Source of the DNA: Planctomycetota bacterium
Lineage (GTDB): Bacteria; Planctomycetota; PLA2; JAEUHO01
Assembly: GCA_050248855.1 (NCBI GenBank)
Contig: JBFWRP010000008.1
Location: forward strand, 1 to 64,000
Direction: 5' to 3'
Length of the DNA stretch: 64,000 bases
Below are positions 29,902 through 40,167 of the stretch, in pieces (within the stretch, counting starts at the first letter, position 1; the number at the start of each line of letters is the position of its first letter). A model generated the notes under the pieces. The model searched no databases and had not been told where the DNA came from. It worked only from the letters and a program-made list of their open reading frames with translations. Both the position numbers and the translations under genes were made by a program.

Positions 29902-30851
29902 CGTGCGCCCTGCTGCTCTGCGTGGTGGTCGTAGCGGGGGAGGCGCGCGTCGGGCGCCTCGCCGCGCGGACGGGTCTTCCAGCGCCGGTGCAGCCAGTTG
30001 TACTGGTCGGGGGCCGCCCGCACGGCCCGCTCCAGATGTTGGTTCACCTGCGCGAGGGCGTGCTCGAGCGTGGCCCGGTCCGCGTCGGGCCGTCCGACGT
30101 CCACGCGGTCCAGACGGAGCGCGAAGCGCATCATCCCCGGTAGTCGGCGGGCGCTGCCGAACCACACGGGACGGCCCGCTTGCTGCGCTGCGCGCAGCGG
30201 TGCCCCGTACGTGCTGGCCGGCATGCCGAAGAACGGCACGAAGACCCCGGACGTGCCCGCGTTCTGGTCGAGCAGCAAGCCCACCCAGGCGTTGCGCCGC
30301 AGCGCGCCCACGAGGTGGCGCGCGCGTCCGCGGTGGCCTACGACGCCACCGCGTCCGCCGCGGTGGTGCGTGGCCAGCGCGTCCAGGCGCGCGTCGTCCA
30401 GCGGGCGCGCGACCACGACCAGCGGCACCCCATGCAAGCGCACGGCATGGCCGCCGACCTCCCAGTTGCCGAAGTGTCCGCCCAGCAACAAGCCGCCGCG
30501 TCCTGCCGCCACGTCGGCCAGGAAGCCGTCCCAGTCGCCCTCGCGCACCGTGTTCGCCTCGAGCTGGCGGACGCTGCCGAGCAGCCGACCGAACCAGGCC
30601 ACCTCGACGGGCACGCGCAGCATGGCGGCGAACGCCGCGCGCTCGATGTGCGCACGGGCGTGGGCGTCCACGCTGTCGCCCAGCGCGGCCGCGATGTTGG
30701 CGCGGGCCCGGGCCCTGCGGCGTGCATCCACGGCCCACCAGGCCCGGCCCAGGGCCTCGGCCATCGCGAGGGACAGGGAGGGCGGCAGGGCGCACGCCAG
30801 GGTGCGGGCGATCAGCAGGCCTTGGATCGCCACGCGGCGTGCGGCGGACAT
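29886..30851 (-). CDS. Lipid A biosynthesis acyltransferase (LpxL/HtrB family)
   Basis: GHFGNWE, LLDQ, VFVPFFG and PDQYNWLHRRWK. Confidence 0.88.
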   Translation of the reverse strand: MSAARRVAIQGLLIARTLACALPPSLSLAMAEALGRAWWAVDARRRARARANIAAALGDSVDAHARAHIERAAFAAMLRVPVEVAWFGRLLGSVRQLEANTVREGDWDGFLADVAAGRGGLLLGGHFGNWEVGGHAVRLHGVPLVVVARPLDDARLDALATHHRGGRGGVVGHRGRARHLVGALRRNAWVGLLLDQNAGTSGVFVPFFGMPASTYGAPLRAAQQAGRPVWFGSARRLPGMMRFALRLDRVDVGRPDADRATLEHALAQVNQHLERAVRAAPDQYNWLHRRWKTRPRGEAPDARLPRYDHHAEQQGARSGVG

Positions 30852-30954
30852 GGCGCGCGACCCTACGGCCCGGCGCCCTCGCGACGGAGTGTTCCCGGAC
30901 AGCCCCTCGACCGCGAAGGCCGTTTCCTGGGGGAGGTGTCGGGAGCATGGAACG

Positions 30955-31458
30955 GTGGACGCGCACGCCCTGCCTTCCCTGATCGCGGCCGCCCTGGCGG
31001 GCGGTCTCGCCGTCGCGGTCGCGGCGCGTCGTCGGCGCCGGCAGCGCGTGGCTGGCCATCGCCGCACGGGCCGACGCGGAACCGCTCGCGGCTTGCGGGT
31101 CCTGGAGGCGGCCGGCTACCGCATCGTGGCCGAGGAAGTCGTGCGCGAGGGCGTCGTGCGCGTCGATGGACGCGAGGAGCGCTTCCTCGTCCGCGCCGAC
31201 GCACTCGTCGAGCGGCGCGGCCTCTGGTACGTGGCCGAGCTCAAGGGCTCGCCGCTCGTGGCGTCGGCCCTCCATCGCGCCACGCGTCGCCAGCTGCTGG
31301 AGTACGCGGTGGCCTTCGGTGTCGCGGGCGTGCTGCTGGTCGACGCGGCGCGCGGTCGCGTGCACGTGGTGGGCTTCGACGACCTGCCGGAGCGGCCGCG
31401 CAGGGGCCGCGCACGATGGCGGGCATCAATGGATCGGGCGGTCCGCGGACGCTCTTGA
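30955..31458 (+). CDS. Membrane-anchored PD-(D/E)xK nuclease-like hypothetical protein
   Basis: N-terminal hydrophobic helix; LEAAGY...RADALV...VAELK...RRQLLEY. Confidence 0.6.
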   Translation: MDAHALPSLIAAALAGGLAVAVAARRRRRQRVAGHRRTGRRGTARGLRVLEAAGYRIVAEEVVREGVVRVDGREERFLVRADALVERRGLWYVAELKGSPLVASALHRATRRQLLEYAVAFGVAGVLLVDAARGRVHVVGFDDLPERPRRGRARWRASMDRAVRGRS

Positions 31459-31567
31459 GCGTAGGCGCGGCGGGGTGTGGCCAGCGCGACGGGGCGCTAG
31501 CCATGGCGTCAAGCGCGCGTAGGCTCGGGCTTCGTCGAGCGTCCGTCCTCCCCCGGAGCCCGCCGCC

Positions 31568-32401
31568 GTGAAGCGTCTCGTCCTCTCCTGGCCTGTTCTC
31601 TTGCTGGCAGCCGCCCTGTTCGCGGCCCTCGGTCTGCACTTGTCGGCGGGCACGGGCCCGGCGCTCTCGAAGGGACCCACGCACGACGTCGAGGAGCAGG
31701 TCCTGCTGGACGTGGAGGCCGCCGGTGTCGCGGCGCCGCGCACGGTCGTCGTCCAACGCGGGGACACGCTGGGCCACATCGCCCAAGCCCAGATGGGCAG
31801 CGCGCGTGCCTGGCGCGCCATTGCCGAGCTCAACCCCCGCGTCGACCCGGACCGGCTCGTGCCGGGGACGGTGCTCCAGCTGCCGCCCCGCGATGCGGAG
31901 GCGGAGAGCACGGGGCATGCGTTCTACCTGTGGCAGCGCGATGCGCAGGGCCCGAGCGGACGTCTCGTGGCGCTCCGCGCCGGACACCCCGAGCGCTTGG
32001 GCGACGGTCCGGCCGAGCTGTTGGCCGTGCCGCTTGCAGCGGTGCGCAGTGCGGAGGCGGCCCTGCGTGAGGCCAGCGCGTTCGGTCGCCCGCTGCCGGG
32101 GGGCCTGGGGCTGGTGAGCGGCCCGGTCGTCGTTCCCGTCGGCGCCGTCCCGCTGGGCGACGAGACGAGCCGCGTCGTCCATCGCGTACGCGTCGACGCG
32201 GTCGCGGGCGGGACGCTCGCCGCGCGCGTGGAGCCGGAGCGCTTCGATGCCAAGGGCCGGCCGATCCAGCCGCTGCCCGTCGCGTCCACGGCGGGCCGCC
32301 CCTTCCTGCTCGGCGCCGCCCTGCTCCTGCTCGTCGTCGGCGTGCTCGCCCTGGCCCATCGCCTGGAGCGGCGCGCGGCCCTCGAGGGCTTCTCCACGTA
32401 G
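31568..32401 (+). CDS. LysM-domain envelope protein
   Basis: Signal peptide, [12 protein letters not shown]...IAELNP...L-PG-VL-LP LysM motif, C-terminal TM helix. Confidence 0.8.
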   Translation: MKRLVLSWPVLLLAAALFAALGLHLSAGTGPALSKGPTHDVEEQVLLDVEAAGVAAPRTVVVQRGDTLGHIAQAQMGSARAWRAIAELNPRVDPDRLVPGTVLQLPPRDAEAESTGHAFYLWQRDAQGPSGRLVALRAGHPERLGDGPAELLAVPLAAVRSAEAALREASAFGRPLPGGLGLVSGPVVVPVGAVPLGDETSRVVHRVRVDAVAGGTLAARVEPERFDAKGRPIQPLPVASTAGRPFLLGAALLLLVVGVLALAHRLERRAALEGFST

Positions 32402-32486
32402 CGCCGGAGGCGTGGCCGCACCGTCCAACCGGGGTCGTAGGATCCGGGTCCCGGCGCAGGTGCACGCGGCCGGGGGCGGAGGAGCC

Positions 32487-33335
32487 GTGCGTCAGTACCT
32501 GGACCTGCTCCGCGAGGTCTACGAAGCCGGCTCCACGCGCGACGACCGCACGGGCGTCGGCACGCGCAGCCTGTTCGGTCGTCAAGTGCGCTACGACCTG
32601 CGCCAGGGCTTCCCGCTGCTGACCACCAAGAAGATCCACTTCCGCAGCGTGGTGCTGGAGCTCATCTGGTTCCTGCAGGGGCGCACTGACGTCGGCTGGC
32701 TCAAGGAGCGCAAGGTCCGCATCTGGGACGAGTGGGCCACGGCCGAGCAATGTGCGCGCTTCGGGCGCAAGGCCGGCGACCTCGGCCCCGTCTACGGCCA
32801 CCAGTGGAGGAGGTTCGGGGCGACCCTCCAACCCGACGGCACCTACGCCGACGACGGCGTGGACCAGATCCAGCGTCTCCTTGACGACCTGCGCACCAAC
32901 CCCACCAGCCGCCGCCACATCGTGACCGGCTGGAACCCGCGCGAGGCCGACCAGGTGGCGCTTCCGCCCTGCCACACCTTGTTCCAGCTGTACGCCGACC
33001 CTGGGGCCCGCGAGCTCTCCTGCCAGCTGTACCAGCGCTCCGCCGACATCTTCCTGGGCGTGCCCTTCAACATCGCCTCCTACAGCTTGCTCACCATGAT
33101 GATCGCCCACGTGATCGGCTACCGGGCCAAGGAATTCGTGCACACCTTCGGCGACGTGCATCTGTACGGGAACCATCTCGAGCAGGCGCGCGAACAGCTC
33201 TCGCGGACGCCGCGCACCCTGCCCACGGTGCGCCTCGACGCGGACGTCACCGACCTCTTCCAGTTCACGCTCGACCACATCCATCTCGAGGGCTACGACC
33301 CGGCGCCGCACATTGCGGCCCCGGTGGCCGTGTAG
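32487..33335 (+). CDS. thyA: Thymidylate synthase
   Basis: [47 protein letters not shown] ribosome-binding site. Confidence 0.97.
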   Translation: MRQYLDLLREVYEAGSTRDDRTGVGTRSLFGRQVRYDLRQGFPLLTTKKIHFRSVVLELIWFLQGRTDVGWLKERKVRIWDEWATAEQCARFGRKAGDLGPVYGHQWRRFGATLQPDGTYADDGVDQIQRLLDDLRTNPTSRRHIVTGWNPREADQVALPPCHTLFQLYADPGARELSCQLYQRSADIFLGVPFNIASYSLLTMMIAHVIGYRAKEFVHTFGDVHLYGNHLEQAREQLSRTPRTLPTVRLDADVTDLFQFTLDHIHLEGYDPAPHIAAPVAV

Positions 33336-33361
33336 CCGCGCAATCGCGTCCCGGAGCCGCC

Positions 33362-33853
33362 ATGCCGCCGTCGGAGCCCCTTGCCCTGGTGGTTGCCTAC
33401 GACCGGCACCGCTGCATCGGCAAGGACGGGGGGCTCCCCTGGCACGAGCCCGAGGACTTGAAGCGCTTCAAGCGCATGACCCTGGGCCACGCCGTGATCC
33501 TGGGCCGCACGACGCACGCGTCCATCGGCAAGGCGCTCCCCGGCCGGCGCAACCTCGTGCTCACGCGCTCGAAGGACGCGGTGATCGCCGCGGAGTGCGA
33601 GCGGTTCGCCTCGTTCGACGAGGCGTTGGCCGCCGCGCGCACGACGGATCCTTGTCCGCAGGTGATCGGCGGCGAGGCCGTCTACCGCGCGGCGCTGCCC
33701 CTGGCCACGCTGCTGCACGTGACGGAGATGGACCTCGTGGTCGAGGGCGGTGACGCGTGGTTCCCCGACGTGGACGCGAGTGCGTGGCGCGAGATCTCCC
33801 GCGTTCCCGCGCCCCACGGGCGCTTCACGTACGTGGACTACGAGCGGGTGTAG
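33362..33853 (+). CDS. folA: Dihydrofolate reductase
   Basis: IG-DGGLPW--PEDL--FK, GR-T, LPGRRN-VL, IGG and D-WFP. Confidence 0.95.
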   Translation: MPPSEPLALVVAYDRHRCIGKDGGLPWHEPEDLKRFKRMTLGHAVILGRTTHASIGKALPGRRNLVLTRSKDAVIAAECERFASFDEALAAARTTDPCPQVIGGEAVYRAALPLATLLHVTEMDLVVEGGDAWFPDVDASAWREISRVPAPHGRFTYVDYERV

Positions 33854-33875
33854 GTCGGGGGACTCGCAGTACGCA

Positions 33876-33973
33876 GTACGGAGTCGGGTGAGATTCCACC
33901 CTCGGGGTGCCTGGCCCTCCCGGGGGGGGGATTGTGTAGGGGCCGGGGGGGGTATGACCCCCCGACTCCGTAC
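33876..33973. repeat. 98-bp palindromic element, family A (right arm degenerate)
   Basis: Intact left arm; right end CCCGACTCCGTAC. Confidence 0.85.
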
Positions 33974-33981
33974 GCGGCCGC

Positions 33982-35084
33982 CTACCCCAGCCAACGGCGC
34001 ACGATCGCTTGCGCCTCGGCCAAGCGCGCGCGGGAGGCGTGCTCGCCGACTTGGTGCGCTTGCGCGCCCGAGCCGGGACCGAAGTTGATGGCGTCCACGC
34101 CCCACGAGGCCAAGCGTCCCACATCGGTCCAAGCCTGCTTACTGCGAACGACGCCGTCCGCACCCAGCGCCTGCTCCAGGCGCTGCACGTGGGGATTGTC
34201 CCTGCACACGCGGCCGGCCGGCGCCAGGTCGGTGATCTCCAGCGTGACCTGGCCGCTGGCGCGCGCCTCGGCACCGAGGGCCTCGTCGACGAGCGCCTCG
34301 AGATGCTGCTGGGCCCCGACGCTGTCGCGGTCCGGCGCGAAGCGCAGGTTCACGTTGAGGTCGAAGCCCCCCGGCACGACGTTGCGTGCGCCGTCGTAGC
34401 GGACCATCGTGGCGCTGGCGACCTCGACGAAGGAGAGCCCCTCCTGCACGACCTCGCGCGGGGCTAGCTGGGCCAGGTGGGCCAGGAACGGCGCCGCCAT
34501 GTGGATGGCGTTGCGACCCTGCCAGGGCCGCGCGCTGTGCGCCCGCGCGCCGTGGAAGCGCACCCAGGCGTGCAGCGTCCCGAGGCAGCCGAGCTCGATG
34601 GCGTTGTCCGTCGGCTCGAAGCACACGGCCAGCGCCACGTCGTCCATCCACGTCCCGGCGGCCACCTTGAGCTCGGGCAGACCGCTCTTCTCGAACGGTC
34701 CCTCTTCGGCCGCATAGAGCCCGATCGCCACGTCGCACGGCGAGTGGCCTTGGGCGGCCCAGGCCAGCGTGTCCAGGATCAGGGCGTCGCCGCCCTTCAT
34801 GTCCGAGGCCCCCAGGCCGTGGATGCGTTCCCCTTCGATCCTCGGCGGGTTGGGGGCGCTGGCTGGGACCGTGTCGAGGTGTCCCAGCAAGAGGATCTTG
34901 GGCCGGCCCTCGCGATCGGCGCGTGCGCGGGCGAACAGGTTGTCGCGGATGCGCACGAGCGAGGCAGGCGTGCGCGCACGCAGCCAGCCTTCGACGTGGT
35001 CGGCGATGGCGGTCTCGCTGCCGATGACGCTGGGGATCCGCAACAGGTCCAGCGTCAGCTGCTCGAGGTCCGTGAGCGACCCGC

Positions 35085-35088
<4 letters not shown>
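33982..35088 (-). CDS. dapE: Succinyl-diaminopimelate desuccinylase (M20)
   Basis: GHLDTV, GLGASDMK, EE, EPT, GCLG, HSARPW-G-NA, WTDV, NFGPG and AH..GEH. Confidence 0.88.
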
Positions 35089-35914
<826 letters not shown>

Positions 35915-35918
<4 letters not shown>

Positions 35919-37051
35919 GCAGTCTCCATCCGCCGCAGCGCCTCGGCGCAGCCGGCAAGGTCGGGAACGAGGGCGAAGCGTACGAAGCGCTCGTTGCCGG
36001 GGCCGAAAAACGATCCCGGTGACACGACGAGGCCGGCCTCCAGGAGGCGCGCCGCCCACGTCGCGTCGGTTTCGCCGTCGGGCACGGCCACCCACAGGTA
36101 GAAGGTGCTCGTCGTGGGGTAGACGGCGTGGCCCAGCTCCATCAGGCCCTCCGTCATGAGCGCCCGCTTGGCCGCGAAAGCGCGCCGCCGCTCCTCGACG
36201 TGCTCCTCGTCGGACCACGCGGCCTCGCTCGCGGCCTGCGTCCAGATGGGCGGCGCCACGCCCATGCCGGCGCGCGCAGCCTTGTAGCGGGCGATCAGCG
36301 CGCCGTCCCCGGCGACGAACCCGCTGCGGTAGGCCGTCATGCCGCTGCGCTTGCTCAGCGAGTGGAAGGCGAGGCAGCCCTCGCGATCGAACTGCAGCAC
36401 GCTGGCCGGCGGCTCGGCGTCGTAGATCTCGGTGTAGCACTCGTCGCTGCACAGGACGAAGCCATGCTCGCGACGTGCCGCCACCCACGCTTTCCAGAGC
36501 GACGTCGGAAGGTCCTGGCCCGTCGGGTTGTGGGGGTAGTTGATCCAGACGATGGCGGCGCGGTCCAAGACGCCGGCCGGGATCGTCGCCGGGTCCATCA
36601 GGTACTCGTTGTCGGCCGTGAGCGGGACCTCATGGACCTGGGCATCCACGTACAGGCTGCCGATCTCCATCACGGGGTAGCCGGGGACCGGATAGACGAC
36701 GGTGTCGCGCGCGCTCGACGGGTCCACCAACACGAGGGGCAGGTGGAACATCGCTTCCTTGCTGCCGCTGCTGGGGAGCACCTCGCGGTCCGGGTCCAGC
36801 TCGACGTCGAAGCGACGCTTCGCCCACGCCGCGCAGGCGCGACGCAACGCTTTCGTGCCCTCGACGCTCGGGTACTGCGAGATCTCCGGTACGGCGTCGA
36901 TCAACGCCTGGCGGATGAACGGCGCCGTCGGCTCGATGGGATCGCCCGTGCCGAAGTCGAGCACCGCGACGCCGCGGGCGACGAGCTCGGCCTTGCGCCG
37001 GGCCAGCTCGACCATCGGGTAGGCGCGCAACCGGCGGATGCGTTCGTTCAC
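35915..37051 (-). CDS. dapC: Succinyldiaminopimelate aminotransferase (class I/II PLP)
   Basis: GTGDP, GSKEA, NYPHNPTG, SDECY and SLSKRSGMT-YRSGF; adjacent to dapD. Confidence 0.85.
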
Positions 37052-38127
37052 GACGCGTCGTCCCCCTCGAGCCAGGCCTTCACCTCGCGGCCGTCCATGG
37101 TCTCGACCAGCGGCAGGGCGCCAGGCGGCAGCGCGCCGCGCGGCGCCGAGCCGAGGACGAGCCGGTGGAGGGTACGGCCGTCCGCCGCCGCCACCTCGAA
37201 CAGGCACGCGGCGAGGTGTCCGAAGGTGAGGCGCGCATTGACCTCCCCGACCGCCACGAGGTGCGACGTGCCCTTCGCATCGCGCCCGGCGTAGGCGTCC
37301 ACGCCGAACGGGCCGCGGTAGCCCGCCGCGTGCAGGCGGTCCCCGACGGGCCCGAGGGAGCGGGCCAGGGCCACGCCGAGCGGGGTGTCCTGGGCGTCGC
37401 CGGCCAGTCGTTCGATGCCTCGGAAGCGGCCATCGGGCCCCGTGACGAGCCGGTGCACGCGGCCCGGGACCACGCCGGCGTCGGTCACGATCCCGGACGC
37501 GCCCAGGTCGTCGTCGCGCAGCAGCCAGGCCTCGAACAGGCCGCCGCCCCAGCGGGCGAGTGCGCGACGGGCGTGGTTCCACGTCGACGCGCCTGCTGCG
37601 GACGAGGTCGAGAGCACCCGGTCGCGACCGGCGGCGCCGAAGGGGGCCTTCAAGACCCACGGCCCGGCGCCCTCCGCGGCTTGCCGCAGGGCCTCGGGAT
37701 CCTCCACCCACGCTGCGCGCGGGTGGGGGGGCAGCGTTCCGGCCGCCCGTTCGTCGGCCAGCCAGCGGCGTCCATGCACGCGGCGGGTGACCGCCTCCGA
37801 GGCACGTGGGGCATGGCGCAGCCGCTCGCGCCACGTGGCTCCGTGCGCCGCTCCACCGCGCGGCGGGAGCCCCGCTGCCGACCAGGCAACCACGTCGGCG
37901 CCCGAGACGCCCGCTGGCACGTCGTCCCGGCGCGTGACGGGCGGGAGGACGTACGCGGCTTGCGGCGTCGGTCGCGTGGTGTGGCTCGCGCCCACCAGGA
38001 GGTCGCCGGGCTCGGCCAGCACCGCGAGCAGCGGCGCGAGATCGGCCAGACGCCGCTCCGCGTCGGGCGACAGCGCTTCGCCGCGCCACGTCGCCTCCGC
38101 GCCCAGGTTGGCGACGAGGACGGTCAT
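37048..38127 (-). CDS. ATP-grasp-fold protein of unknown function
   Basis: WVLKAPFGAAGR, FEAWL and GYRGPFGVDA...EVNAR motifs. Confidence 0.75.
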   Translation of the reverse strand: MTVLVANLGAEATWRGEALSPDAERRLADLAPLLAVLAEPGDLLVGASHTTRPTPQAAYVLPPVTRRDDVPAGVSGADVVAWSAAGLPPRGGAAHGATWRERLRHAPRASEAVTRRVHGRRWLADERAAGTLPPHPRAAWVEDPEALRQAAEGAGPWVLKAPFGAAGRDRVLSTSSAAGASTWNHARRALARWGGGLFEAWLLRDDDLGASGIVTDAGVVPGRVHRLVTGPDGRFRGIERLAGDAQDTPLGVALARSLGPVGDRLHAAGYRGPFGVDAYAGRDAKGTSHLVAVGEVNARLTFGHLAACLFEVAAADGRTLHRLVLGSAPRGALPPGALPLVETMDGREVKAWLEGDDAS

Positions 38128-38936
38128 GGCCGCCGCGGCCGGCCGCCGGGTGCGCGCGCGGGCGTTGCCGCCAAGCGGGCGACGAAGTCGGCCGGGAGGC
38201 CCGCGGCTTCGCGCGCCGTCGCGTCGAACGTGGTGCCGCGCGCGCGCGCCGCGGCGTGTTCCACCGTGGCGTGGCGCTGGAACGCCTCGAAGCGGTCGTC
38301 GTCGGCAGGTGCCAGGCGCTGGAACCAGACCCAGGCGAAGCGGACGTGGTCGATCTCGTCATCGTGCACGAGCTCGAGCACATCGGCCGTCGCGCCGTCG
38401 CCCGCCGCGCGCGCGGCGTCGGCGTGCTCGCGGCTGAAGTCGAGGTTGGCGCCCTCGAACGTCAGGCCCAGCGTGCAGACCAGCTCGAGCGGGGACGTCA
38501 GCCGCGGCACCTGGTTCCAGAAGTGGGCACTGACCGGCTCGTCGCCGAACCGTCCTCCGAGCGCCTCGAGCCGCTCGACGAACAGCATCATGTGGCGCTG
38601 CTCGTCGCCGAGGATCTTCGCGCACCCGGTGCGGAACGCGCGCGGCATGGCGGGCCACGCGAGCAGGGCGAAGGCGAACAGCTCGAGGGCCTGCAGCTCG
38701 TGGTTGGCCAGCGCATGGAGGATGCGGCGGCGCTGCGCGGGATCCGGCATGCCCGAGAGCGGCGGGACGCGGACGCGCCGGCGCGGGACGAGCTCGAGAC
38801 CGGGCGGTCGGGCCGGGGCCTCTACGCGGACGGCTGGCCCGGGGTGCTCGTCGGTCCATCCCGCCGGGAGTGGTGCCGCCTTCCCCGCCACCGTCGTGGC
38901 GTGCAGGACGGCCAGGGCATGTTCGCGCAGCTCCAC
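38124..38936 (-). CDS. Ferritin-like di-iron protein (DUF455 family)
   Basis: LHALANHELQA, DEQRH, FEGANLD and DEIDHV ligand pattern. Confidence 0.82.
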   Translation of the reverse strand: MELREHALAVLHATTVAGKAAPLPAGWTDEHPGPAVRVEAPARPPGLELVPRRRVRVPPLSGMPDPAQRRRILHALANHELQALELFAFALLAWPAMPRAFRTGCAKILGDEQRHMMLFVERLEALGGRFGDEPVSAHFWNQVPRLTSPLELVCTLGLTFEGANLDFSREHADAARAAGDGATADVLELVHDDEIDHVRFAWVWFQRLAPADDDRFEAFQRHATVEHAAARARGTTFDATAREAAGLPADFVARLAATPARAPGGRPRRP

Positions 38937-39169
38937 GCACCCGATGATGCCCGTACCGACGGTGCGCGGCCCCCTGCGGACGGTGCCCGGCTCCGTAGGC
39001 AGGCCGTGAGACCCGGTGGCGCCTTCCCGTGCGGACCTGGAGGGCTCCCTGCGCTCTCGAGGTCTCCCGCGGGAGCCTGGCACGCAGCCCGCATCGCTTC
39101 GCCCTGCCGCCGCGAGCCAGGCGCCCGCGCGAGGTCCGCCTCGCCGCCTGCCGGTGGTACGAGGGCCCC

Positions 39170-40018
39170 ATGAGCCTGCTTGCACGCCTGGAACGACTCG
39201 ACCGCTTGCCGGAAGCCGCGCTCGTGCCGCTGCGCTTGGAGGGTGAGGACCTGGGACGTCTCGACCACGCGCTGGCCCAGGCCCTGGCGCGCGCGGTTCC
39301 CGACGACCTGCAGCTGGACGCGGACGGCGCCCTCGACCTCGTGGCGGGCGGGCGCGCCGCGCTGGACGCACGGGCGGAGCGCATCGTGGAGGCGCTGGAG
39401 CGCCTGCGTCGCCTGCCACCGCGGCGCGGCGAGCGCTACGCGATCCGCACGGACTTGGGCAGCGACGTGCTCTTCGCCATCGAGCGGGCCGCCGTGGACG
39501 TGCTGGGCCTGCCTGCCTTCGGTGTGCACCTCAACGCATTCGTTCCCACCGACGACGGGCTCGGCCTCTGGGTCGCGCGGCGTGCGATGACCAAACCCAC
39601 GTTCCCGGGGGCGCTGGACCACATCGTGGCGGGTGGACTGCCGGAAGGCATCGACCTGCGCGACAACCTGGACAAGGAGGCTCACGAGGAGGCGGGGCTC
39701 GAGGCGGGCGTGCTCGCCGACGCCCGGTGTCTCGGGGAGCTGCGCTACACGTGCGCCGTACCGCAGGGCGTGCGCAACGACACCGTGTTCGTGTACGACG
39801 TGGACCTACCAGGCGACGTCGTCCCGCGTCCGACCGATGGCGAGGTCGCAGAGTTCTTCCTCTGGTCGACCGAGCGCGTCCTCGACGCGCTGCGCGGGGA
39901 CGCGGACTTCAAGTTCAACGTGGGGCCCGCGATTCTCGCCTCGTTCCTGGAACGCGGGCTGCTCGACGACGATCCCGAACGCGAGGCGATCGCGGCGTGG
40001 TTCGCCGGTCGGATGTGA
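39170..40018 (+). CDS. Nudix hydrolase (DUF4743-associated type)
   Basis: FAIERAA--VLG---FGVHLN, LWVARR--TK-TFPG-LD--VAGG, KEAHEEAG and DGEV..F. Confidence 0.85.
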   Translation: MSLLARLERLDRLPEAALVPLRLEGEDLGRLDHALAQALARAVPDDLQLDADGALDLVAGGRAALDARAERIVEALERLRRLPPRRGERYAIRTDLGSDVLFAIERAAVDVLGLPAFGVHLNAFVPTDDGLGLWVARRAMTKPTFPGALDHIVAGGLPEGIDLRDNLDKEAHEEAGLEAGVLADARCLGELRYTCAVPQGVRNDTVFVYDVDLPGDVVPRPTDGEVAEFFLWSTERVLDALRGDADFKFNVGPAILASFLERGLLDDDPEREAIAAWFAGRM

Positions 40019-40031
40019 GACGCGGTACGCA

Positions 40032-40129
40032 GTACGGAGTCGGGTGAGATTCCAACCCCGGGCTGCCACGAACGCCCGTAAGCGAGAGCACTTGGCCGCC
40101 CGAGGTTGGAATCTCACCCGACTCCGTAT
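40032..40129. repeat. 98-bp palindromic element, family A
   Basis: Family A arms, followed by a (CCGTATGTC)n stutter to about 40160. Confidence 0.9.
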
Positions 40130-40167
40130 GTCCCCGTATGTCGCCGTATGTCGCGCATGTCCGTTCG

